Shown one piece after another: positions 27,326 to 37,503 of a DNA stretch of 64,000 nucleotides (position 1 is its first letter; each line of letters starts with the position of its first letter). Position numbers and translations under genes: made by a program. The DNA is from Schizochytrium sp. TIO01 (taxonomy: Eukaryota; Protista; Bigyra: Labyrinthulomycetes): the NCBI GenBank assembly GCA_004764695.1, contig SMSO01000031.1, positions 4,192,436 to 4,256,435 on the forward strand, given 5' to 3'. Below the pieces are notes generated by a model. That model was given only the letters and a program-made list of their open reading frames with translations, was not told where the DNA came from and ran no database searches.

Positions 27326-27718
27326 TTAACCGCGCCCCATAAGCATAAAGTACAACACCAAGAATACAACAACTACAAAGAGAACCAAGTAGCACATATG
27401 CTTGCTACCCCCCTTATCAATCATTGTTTGGAGGTTCTTGAGGGTCTTACTCATGAGTTCATTTGTCTGACCGAAAGTGGAACCCATACCGTCGAGAAGT
27501 TTGTTGTCCTCGTTAACTACACCATTGATTTGAATGGAGAGCTCACGCAGCTGAGAAACGCGCTCTCCCAAAAGGTCCGTTTGGCGATTGTTCTCCTCCT
27601 CAAGCATGTTGCGAGTGGCCTCAGCATACGCTGATCCCGCGCCAGGAGCCGGGCCGCCGTGGGCACGGCTACCGAAGAGATCTTGACGTTGGCTCATGCT
27701 GCCGCGATACGTTGTCAT
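27326..27718 (-). CDS. BET1: Bet1-like Qc-SNARE
   Basis: SNARE helix LEEENNRQTDLLGERVSQLRELSIQINGVVNEDNKLLDGM followed by HMCYL and a C-terminal transmembrane helix; ATG at 27718. Confidence 0.85.
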   Translation of the reverse strand: MTTYRGSMSQRQDLFGSRAHGGPAPGAGSAYAEATRNMLEEENNRQTDLLGERVSQLRELSIQINGVVNEDNKLLDGMGSTFGQTNELMSKTLKNLQTMIDKGGSKHMCYLVLFVVVVFLVLYFMLMGRG

Positions 27719-28735
27719 CCCCAAGCGAAGCGGAAGGGGAATAAGTGTTGAGCGTGGTCGCTCGCAGGGCAAATTAGACAGGGTCAAAAGCTGTGCGATG
27801 GAGAATTGCTCAAGAGAAGGAAAACGAAGAGAAAGTACTTGCTCGCTTCTAATTGGGCCTTTTTCACAGCAATACTTTAACACCCTATAGCTGAGTGTGC
27901 AAATGAAGTATAGAGTAAAGACAAGTAGAGCAAATTGTAAATATCCATTATTTTAATTCATGAAGCAAGTAGTATTATTAGCACTAATAGCCTAGTGCTC
28001 TGGAGGGATAGACTAATGAGTGCCACGTCGACTCCTACAAGAACCTGCGAAGTGGGACATTCTCAATCAAAAGTAATTTCGAGAAAGTGAAGCAGTGAGG
28101 ATATCATGGAATATATGAGAGGTAGTTAATGAAGGAGCATGATCTGCCAAGCTCGAAGCCCCGCATAACTTGGAGCAAAAGTTGCCTGACGAGAATTATG
28201 ATAATAGAATGGAGTTGAAGCATTGCGAGTCCTGATAAAGATCAATAAAAGGTAACACACAGCAACTCCAAGGTTGATTTGCCTCATTTTGAAACATACG
28301 TAGCGACACGGCCGATGTCAACGGATCGTTGATGAGGCAATATTGAGAACGCTTTATATTTTCGTCAAAGGCGAGTGTGCAGTGGGAACACTTACTATTG
28401 GGAAAGTTTGAGAATTACTTTAAATACGAGATCATAGTAAAGATTAGTTTTGCATGAATAAGTTTGTGTAGCTGGACAGAAGCAGAAGAATTTTGGCTTT
28501 TCCGAGGGCACTGTTTACCTTCTCCTGCCTCTGGTCCGTGCAAAGCAGAAAGGGTCACAACGAAGACAGGAAAGACCTGCATTATCTGAATTTTGGGCTG
28601 TCTGCAAAGTTTCTGAGTGTGCTTGCATACGCCGCGAAGGAGTTTCTTCAACGTCCCTTCTTCATCGAGATCGATTTTCATTAAATATTGTTCGTAGGCT
28701 CTGCGGGTTTTGAGGAGGTGACAGAAGCCGAAAAC

Positions 28736-29488
28736 ATGTATTCAACCAAAGAGGTTCATAAAATGGCTAAGGTCAACTTCTTGGGTGGTGGACCTCCACC
28801 AAAGATGAAGGACTCAGATCGATTCCGTGGCAAACAAATGGCGGCGAAGTTTCCTAAAACGGGCCATGCAAATACGCCGGGTGTTCTCTTCTCGGTCTTG
28901 CCTGGTGGAAAGTCTGATCCGTACGGAACAGGCATCTCCTACTTGAAAAAATGCCCTCCCGAGACGCGTAAGAAGGGTTTTGGCTCCGGAGATGCACCGA
29001 AGAATGATGAATTTATGAACGCCCAGCGCGCGGAACAGCATAAGCATGCCCTCGATCGTGCACATGTTTCTGAGAAGGAGTGGAATAACCGGCACGGCCC
29101 CATTGATGCACAGTTAGAGATTCTCGAGGGGCGCTTGCGAGACCTTGAATCTAAGCACCCAGACCTGGCCACCGGAGACCGATCAGAAGATGATTATGTT
29201 AGCAAAGTCCCAAAGCGTCTTTACGACATTGGTCGTAATGCACATACAGAGGTGTTTCTTCATGATGCACGAGACCGATTCTACTCCCACAAGCGTTGTG
29301 CTCGTCGCAATAAGCCAAGACATGTCGCTGGTGTCGCAACAACTAGCTCTGAGTATGGCAAGGGGAGTTTCCCCAAAGACCTTGATAAGGTCACTATCCC
29401 AGGTGTTGTACGTGGTGGTGGTGGTGGTGGTGGTGGCGGCTCTTTTCTTGACCATGGCCACTTGCGAGTAGGTGACCATCATTACTAA
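28736..29488 (+). CDS. Probable ciliary protein, CFAP96/C4orf47-like
   Basis: Motifs RFRGKQM..KFPKTG, DPY and RKKGFGSGDAPKNDEFMNAQRAEQ resemble this family from memory. The start is uncertain because there is a possible acceptor AG at about 28697. Contains a GGT-repeat Gly tract. Confidence 0.55.
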   Translation: MYSTKEVHKMAKVNFLGGGPPPKMKDSDRFRGKQMAAKFPKTGHANTPGVLFSVLPGGKSDPYGTGISYLKKCPPETRKKGFGSGDAPKNDEFMNAQRAEQHKHALDRAHVSEKEWNNRHGPIDAQLEILEGRLRDLESKHPDLATGDRSEDDYVSKVPKRLYDIGRNAHTEVFLHDARDRFYSHKRCARRNKPRHVAGVATTSSEYGKGSFPKDLDKVTIPGVVRGGGGGGGGGSFLDHGHLRVGDHHY

Positions 29489-30279
29489 GCGGTAAGCACT
29501 AACTTTCTTGTTGTTTGGTTCTCTTCGAGCTTCCTGACAAAAGTAAACGCTAGCAATGTGTTTATTGGTCCGAAACATCTCTTTTGATGGCGCAAGGGAA
29601 ACGTTTCTGCCGTCTTTCTTCAATGACATATTTGCTTTTAAAATGATGTATACCATTTGTATATTGTGTCTTCCTTTTTTCCCTCCTGAGAGTAGATCGG
29701 GAATCTTTGAGTCTACATGTATTCTATAATTGACGTGTTGCTATATGTTTCAGGGAATTCTGATGGTCAACAAGCGGACATCCATATGGAACAGAAGTAA
29801 AAGGCAGCAGATGGAGAGTTCGATCTAATACGAATGGAGAAAATGTGAATTTGAAAAGACATACGCCAAATGAGTTGCAAGATAAAAAGATAAAAAATAT
29901 CATTTTAGAAATGCAAGTGAACAGAGTGATAGATAAGGTGGTCATGTTTAGCTGCAGTATTAAAAGACGGGAATAGTAATAATCGTTTGGAAATTTCAAT
30001 CAATCAAGAGAAAATCATGTTGCTACTACCACAGACACGCATGTAAGTAGGCATACAGTATATTTTGACTGTCCAACTAAAGACAACAAATTGCTGCACG
30101 AAACTGGATTTCCCCTTTTGCTGGTGAATATATCCATATCATTCATTTATAACCTTTTCAGCTCAAGTGCCCTTCTTCAATGAGCACGAAATTTTCGAAT
30201 GTCAGGTTTGGTTATATTCATGCAAGAAAATGCGGAGTCATAAAGTATTCATCATGAGAATCACAGGTCAGTCAACCTG

Positions 30280-32043
30280 TCATAGTGGTGACGAAGGTGA
30301 GTTGTTTTCATAAAAGTATTGAATGTGACCACGTTTCTGCATGCCATGGTAAAGGATCATACCAATAACGAGGGCTGCACCATTAATGGCAACAGATAGC
30401 CATGACAAGAGACTTGTAAATACCACAACTCCGCCCAAAAGAATTGGAAAAGAAATGTAGAGAGCCAGCAATGACATGTTTTCGATCGGAAGACGGTATG
30501 GGCGTTTCAAATCAGGTTGAACAAGACGAAGCTTTAAGAAGGCCAAAAGCTCGAGCATTGCAGAAAGGCAGCTAAACAAATTAGTGATGACAACAATCGC
30601 GTTGAAGTCCAAAGCCACCAAAGCCGAGATGACACAGAGAGCAAAGATGATCGCAAGGTACGGTGCTCCTGACTCATGACGGGCAGCAAAAATTGAAGGC
30701 ATTAGACCCGTGCGAGCCATACCACATAATTGCCATGAATCTTCAAACACCTCGGCAGTGTACATACCAGCATTCGCAGCAAAGGACACAATGATGATCC
30801 ACAGTGCCATGCCTTGACCCACTTGTTGCTGTCCAATTACAGAGAACCAACCTTCGTCCCAGCAATGCCAATCCGGTTTATTTACCATTGTAAAGATGGA
30901 GAGTGGAACAACGTAGGTGGTGAGAACTAGCGCCAATGCAGCAAACAGGCCCTTTGGATAGGACCGTCCCGGGTTGCGAACCTCGCCGGCACAAGTAGAC
31001 GACGCATCAAAACCGGAAAGGTTCCAATACAAGACAGAGATCAACTGTGCCCAATCCTCAAGCTTCGCATCCTCGCGCACTTGTAGGAGACGTGATGGTT
31101 TGACCTCTTGCGTTGCCAGTACAAAAACTGACTGAAACGCAAACGGAAGGATCACAAGAATGGCAAGCAGTGTCATGCCGCGCCCAAACGACTTGGACCC
31201 ACACACATTCGGGAGAGCAAAAAGTAAAACCATACCCAGCTTGACAAGATACTCTTCATACCATTTGGTGCCAGTGCCGTATCCTGCATCTCCTGCATCG
31301 GCAAACATACTGAATAAGCTCGATGTCTCTTCGATACTTGGCTTGATTGAGGCGTTGCAGTACTTCTGCCATGATGGATCAACGTCGCCAGAACTATCGC
31401 CATCAATGGGATCTGACCAGTCACCTCGAAGAATTTGCGCTGCCGTGTCATATGCAAGCACAGGGTAGATTGCTGTATCAATGACTCCAGAAAGCCAAGA
31501 CCAGTAAGCCTCCTGGAAGCCCCAAAAGGTGCCAAAGGCTTCTGCGACCCAAATGGAGTAGCCACCATCATCAGGAAAGGCTGAGGACAGTTCAGCAGTA
31601 ACCATGACGAGTGGCAAGGCCCAGAGAAAGACGAATGCGATGAGGCCGAGGAACCCGGGTAAGGGACCCATGCTGGAAATGAGCTCCTCAGATCCCCACG
31701 GACCTCCGCTCACGTTGAAGTATGTGATGAAGCAAATACCAATCCAGCCCAGCGGTTTGGCATGTTTGTGTTCATTTACAGTGAGCATAATGAAGGACTC
31801 ACTCTGTGATCTTGTGCGGAGGCGGCGAGACCACGGTGACCCGGGTCCGTTGATACCAGAGGAGTCCGAAGCTCCGGAATCCGAGCTGGAGGAGTCATGG
31901 TTAATTCCACGAGCCCAGTCGTCGATCAAGACAGTATCGCCATCCTCCAAGAGCGGCGTGAGCATGCCTGGATGCGGCGAAGGTTCTACCGTTGAAGGTC
32001 GCGAAGGCGATGCCGACGAAGAATAGCCCTCACCCGAACGCAT
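30280..32043 (-). CDS. APC-superfamily polyamine/amino-acid transporter (PUT/RMV1-like)
   Basis: Motifs TYFNVSGGPWGSE, AELSSAFPDDGGYSIWV..AFG.FWGFQ, LYWNLSGFD..ST.AGEV.NP and PDLKRPYR; about 12 hydrophobic segments. Confidence 0.92.
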   Translation of the reverse strand: MRSGEGYSSSASPSRPSTVEPSPHPGMLTPLLEDGDTVLIDDWARGINHDSSSSDSGASDSSGINGPGSPWSRRLRTRSQSESFIMLTVNEHKHAKPLGWIGICFITYFNVSGGPWGSEELISSMGPLPGFLGLIAFVFLWALPLVMVTAELSSAFPDDGGYSIWVAEAFGTFWGFQEAYWSWLSGVIDTAIYPVLAYDTAAQILRGDWSDPIDGDSSGDVDPSWQKYCNASIKPSIEETSSLFSMFADAGDAGYGTGTKWYEEYLVKLGMVLLFALPNVCGSKSFGRGMTLLAILVILPFAFQSVFVLATQEVKPSRLLQVREDAKLEDWAQLISVLYWNLSGFDASSTCAGEVRNPGRSYPKGLFAALALVLTTYVVPLSIFTMVNKPDWHCWDEGWFSVIGQQQVGQGMALWIIIVSFAANAGMYTAEVFEDSWQLCGMARTGLMPSIFAARHESGAPYLAIIFALCVISALVALDFNAIVVITNLFSCLSAMLELLAFLKLRLVQPDLKRPYRLPIENMSLLALYISFPILLGGVVVFTSLLSWLSVAINGAALVIGMILYHGMQKRGHIQYFYENNSPSSPL

Positions 32044-32531
32044 ATTAGTGTTTGTAAATAACTACTACAATTTTATCAAATCCTCTACAATTGTGCGTGG
32101 TGCTCCGCAACGACAATTCTGTTCCTCGCCAAAATAACTACTTCTGCTTCAATTCTAGCGCAAATATAAACAGCAGTACCTCCAGGTCCAAAGCCGAGAG
32201 ATCGTTCACACGATTCTCGAACTCTCGCACTCACACGCCACGTGCCAGAGCGCGAAGAGGACCACAAAGAAGACCACAAGGCCGAAACAGAGAGCGAGAG
32301 AGAGAATGAATGCGTCAGTGAATGAATGAACAAGTGAATGAAGTCAACTTCACGAAGGCAAGCAATAGATGTGACAGACAACGCAGCTCAGCCGGCGGTG
32401 CGTGGGGTTCGAGAGGACACTGCTAGTGAAGCTACGAAACGCTCCCTCGCGACGACAGCGTGAGCGCACGGCACATGAACGAGGCGAACTCTCCGCGCGA
32501 GTCCGCACGAAAAGAAGGATTGAAGGGATGG

Positions 32532-32596
32532 GTTTGTTTGTTTGTTTGTTTGTTTGTTTGTTTGTTTGTTTGTTTGTTTGTTTGTTTGTTTGTTTG
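32532..32596. repeat. (GTTT)n microsatellite
   Basis: Perfect run read directly. Confidence 0.95.
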
Positions 32597-35500
32597 CTAA
32601 GTTGATCTAACTATCGAAAGCCTTACTCTTAAAATTGTTTTCTTTTCTTTCTGGCTTGGTAGTGCTACTATCAGATAGTACTGCTAGCGGTTTTCCGCAG
32701 CAAACTTCATTTAAAAACTAAAATAAATAACATGTAAAATGGTTTTACGAGAAAGAATGAGGAGTTTTGCTTATTGATACTTATGGTGTCTTTTTTGTTC
32801 AAGTTCCCTGGTTTTTCTTCGGGTTCTTCTTCCTGTGGATCAATTTGCTTTCTAAAGCACATGTTCTTGGGGTCTTTCTGAGTGCGTGAGGGGCGTGTGG
32901 CAAATCGAACAGGTCTTGCAAGACACAAGCTAATATGCGGTGCTCTTAGCCCAAGACTCCTTTCTACCATCGCTCTGGTCTGCGAGCAACGCTTCGTTTT
33001 GTCTGTGAAATGTCAATGTCAATGTTCTTTTAAAGATTTCATATTTGGCGATTACTTTACTTTACTTTACTTTGGGGTGACATTCTGTTAATTTTAAACA
33101 TTAAAAAATAAATTTAAAAAATCAAGAAAGAAATAGTGTTTGCGGAGTTGGCCGCCCTGATCTGACTCACGTTCAGGCACACCCGTGGAACTCAAGCTGC
33201 GGCCCGCCTACAGGATTAAAATCAAGACAGTAGATTGAGCGTCGATGGCGGAGTTCTCCTATACCCAAAACTGTCATTAGGGTGGGCTCCACAGCAAGTT
33301 CCGCACGTCTTGGGCTCGGCGGCGGCGCTTTTCTTTTCTTTTCTTTTCCAATTGCTCTGCCTTTTTTTTTTTTTTTTTTTTGCGCGTACATTGCTTTTCG
33401 CTCATTAGTTCTAATAGTACCAGGTAGTAGTAATTTGCAATACAAAGTATACAATGTAAATTTAATTCTGTCATCGAGTCATATTGCCGAATATATTTTA
33501 AATTTATATGGGACGTTCATATATGTGTCTAACTATACAATTATCATCAACGAGTTCAAGAAATAAGAAAAAACTTAAAAAGGATAGGTTTCTGCGTCTT
33601 CTGGCTCTGTTGTTGCTCCCCGAGACTGCTAATGCGCTGCCCTCAGTGATCATCAAACTCTCCAGCAGCAACGTCCCCAGGCAACGCCACCCTCGCGTTG
33701 AAAGCTTGGAGAATTTGGCCCAAAGAAGCTGCGGCTGTAGATTGTAGTAGTAGTGGTTGTTGTTGTTATTTTGCTTCTGTAAGTCGGTTCCTGGCAGATT
33801 GCCACAATAGTAGTGCATGAGGAAAGAACTGGCGGGAAAGCACAGTATTTCATTCAGTCTCGGCTTTGCAATCATCATCGCTCGAAGGGAATGGCACGAA
33901 ACTTGAGAGTGACTAGCTGCTCGTGGAGGGCTTGCCCATTCGATCGGGCGAAGTATTCGGCGGCTGGATGCATAACCCCTGATTATGGCTACCGCAGAGC
34001 CGAACGCCATAAGCTTTCCGAGTATGATATCGAATGGATGCATGGGTATTTTGTGAGAGAGTGTGCACCACATGCATGTTCAAGTGACGGGAAGCAGTGT
34101 TGACAAAATTAGAAACGTGCACGAAGGATAGCTGACGTAGAAAGGCATTTGAGCGAGATCGCCCTGGCGACGTGGCAGGCCGGCTGCTTGGTTGCACGAA
34201 CTTGACGGTAACTGTTCAAAGGGCGGTGCAAACAAAATCAATCTTGATTGCAGCGGCAAAGTGATCGACGAGTTCCCGTACGACGAAACGGTGGTTAAAA
34301 GGGACTATTTTGTCTTTCTTCTTTTCCCTTTCCTTTTGTGATATAATACGTACGATATAGAGGAGGCCTGGCGAAGGCTCAAGTAGACTAGTGTAATTCT
34401 CTGTGCAATAATCTAGAGTTGGAGCAAGTCACGCTCGCTCCTTACTCCTCGTGAAAGGGACTTGGAAAGCGCTCTTTGAAGCGCGTCATGGAGGGAGCAA
34501 TGAAGCCTCTGCCTCCAGATAATGGCACGTTCATCGCAGAAGCTCGAGCGTAAAGACAGAGCATGTGATGTTGATGCTTTACTGTGGTGGTGAACAAAGT
34601 CCATTGTGACGTTTGCGGCTGGCCTTCGTTAAAATGTAAGTTATTTTAACATGCCGTGACACGCCTACTCGTTTATGTCATCATAGTTTATAGTTACAAT
34701 GCTGTACTTGTAGATGGGGCTAGAGATGAGATAAGTCACTCGTATCAGGTAAACTGGAGCTGATTGTAGTCCATTGCCACCACCTCGAATCCATAAACTT
34801 CGTCAGCGTAACAAGTGAACAAACTTGCGATAGGCTATTTGTTCAATTTTCGTGCCACCATTGACTATTACTAATTCATGATGTCAATGCAAGTGCCCGC
34901 AGTTCAAGTTTCCGCTTCTGTCCTCTAGTATACAGTCTATAATCAGATTAGACTACTTACTTTCTACATCATGCTTATATTGATACCACACATAAAGGTA
35001 AATAGGGCACTCGGCAGAAAAACGATGTCTGACAAGCTTTGGGAGAATAGTCAACCAAACTGTAAGCTGCCTCGTTACTAGTTCTGAAAGTCAAATACCT
35101 GTTATGAACATAGAGAAGGAAGCAGATACGGTCTTGCATTAAGACCTAGCACACCGGTAAATGATGTGACGACGTTTACAAGATATTTATACTGTATAAG
35201 GGAAAAGATGGGCGTCACGAACGACCAGAACAAGTTTTGGGCGATGCTAGCTAGTCTAGTAGGTGGTCATTATACTACCTTCTTAATATTCATCATTTAC
35301 ATATATATGTACAGTTCGAGCTATTAAGAAATGGAGGCTCGCACCGAGGTAGAAAGATAATCCAATGCATGTTAGTTGGTATATTCGATGCCGTTCGACC
35401 ATCTATACTTCATTTCAGTATTTGTGAGAGGTGACGATCTTATCCCATGCAAAAAGGCATCTGATGTAAAAAAAGGTAAATTCCTTAAGTTTAAACAACA

Positions 35501-35620
35501 TTGCGAGTTCATCTTCATGGTACATGCTTCCCCTCAAGCCTATCTCATGATAGAGTGCGGAGAAGTAAAGGAGCTGCCTTTGAGTACGTCCCAGCGAAAG
35601 GAAGGCTCTTTTGAGAATAA

Positions 35621-36518
35621 TTATTCTTCGGGAGTCGTAGGAGTGCATATTTCGCATCCACAGGCGTTTCCAAGTATTGAGCAGGGTCGGCATGTAGGCC
35701 GCTTGCAAGCAGTGTAGTACGCTACTGATGGTTTACAAATATGGCTGTTACAATCCCCGCTACAGCGTGCCTCGGTTCGAGGGCACGACGGGCAAATCGG
35801 TGTCGGACTAATTTTGCCTGTCTTAGATGTAGTTTGACGCATGCACCCTAGGCAAATTTGCCAGACGGAGTCAGCTGCTGTGGTCAGGTCCGTGATGCAA
35901 GGCTGGCACACAACCGAGCAACCACCACAGCACGGGAAAAACCTCATCATGTTTGAACTCCTTGTTGCAGTTTGTGCAAGTTTGAAGAGTCTTGCCAGGT
36001 GTTTTAATTGCCATCGCAGCTTCGAAATTCACCAGATTCTGATCGATCGTGCCAAGCTGGCTTATAAGGGTGTCAATGTAGTCTATGTTTTCCCAAGTGT
36101 CAACCGCTGTGCGATGCATAGTGGTTCCTGCTTCAGCAAGACCTAGCTGTGTCATGTACGAGAGGTCTAGTGATGCATCTTCAATACTGCGATACATACG
36201 CTTATAAAGCTTGGCAAGTGGATAATTGGAAGAACCATTCTTATTCCTACGGGTTTTGGGTCCTTTTTTGAGCCGGTCTTCTTTGATTTCTTGTAATGCT
36301 TTACGTTTAAGATCTTTCAAAGTAGCTTCATGCTGTTCATGTGATTTGGATTCTTGCTGCTCTTCTATCATTGTTTCGTGCGGTTTGTTCTCTTCAGAAG
36401 TGAGCTCATTATCTTTTCCCTTTTCGGCAGGCTCCTCCTCATCCGAAGAGTCATCGATTACAACCACAATCTGGGGTGGCGAAGAAGCGCTCTTTGTGTC
36501 GTTGCTGTTTTTCACCAT
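35621..36518 (-). CDS. SIM-motif, coiled-coil, Cys-rich (RING-like) zinc-finger protein, about 298 aa, with one +1 frameshift
   Basis: ORFs 35871-36755 and 35621-35950 join at GTT TTT CCC G (plus strand 35933-35942) to give CTNC..EVFPCCGGCSVVCQPC..CLGC..CPSC..; N-terminal IVVVIDDSSDEEE; ATG at 36518. Confidence 0.7.
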
Positions 36519-37503
36519 TTTCTCTCTACGATGGCGGCCAACTTGAGCCTTCTGCTCCAAGCAAGAAAGCACACGTTTTTTTCCAGTGCTCCTGATAGCG
36601 GAAAAGGTACCGAGGCCGAAGAAATCGCAATGCTTTCTTGTGAAAGAACTTCTCGCCGCTCTCAATGTCCGGGAGGCCCTGCAACCTGTTTTTGTCTGTC
36701 TCTCCTCGAAGTTAATGCTAAAACTGGCGCCGTAGTTGAGGCTAAAAAAATACAAACCTGTACCTAGCAGTACTTAGATGCTACTTACTTACGTTCCTTA
36801 CCATGATATAAAAGAAGAAAAGGTGAATTTTACCCAAATGAAGGGAAGAGTGCTTAGCAAGGTAGAGTGAATGCTCAAAGACATTCTCCTTAATACGTGC
36901 AATACAGATCAACAACATCATTACCAAGCATTTTGAATATTTGAGATGCTATAAGGATCAGTTGGACTGCAAAGTACTTGAAATTGTCCAGCACGATGAT
37001 GTCCCATTTTGACAATTCAATCTATTGATTAGTGATTTTTATTTAATTGGACGAAATCCGCAAGACAGTTGCATCCGTATATTCTCTACAGTCAGACAAT
37101 GAGAGCAGATATCAGTAAAGTCTGCCATGCTGACAGATCCGTACCAAACATGATCAGATATGTGGAACTGCACCAAAATTTGGGTTTAAATGAACAGATT
37201 TAAATACTTAGGTTCCTACTAATTAGCTAGTTAGCTAGCTACTGATAGCACTTTTAGCAGTGGATCCGAAGAGGCTTGTCAAGCTCAGGGTAGACCTATA
37301 AACGTGGGCTTCGCGAGCGAAATATCGAGGTAGAAAGCGCCCGCCATAAGGGTTACGGTCAGCCTAGGAGAACATCTACCCGATCGTCAGATTGAACATC
37401 TTGTTTCCAGGGATAAACGTATGAACTAAAGAAAGCGTAACTGAAGCTTCGACGACGCGCATTCTTCTTGGCTTAGTCTTTGAGCATATCATCAGGCGCC
37501 GGC

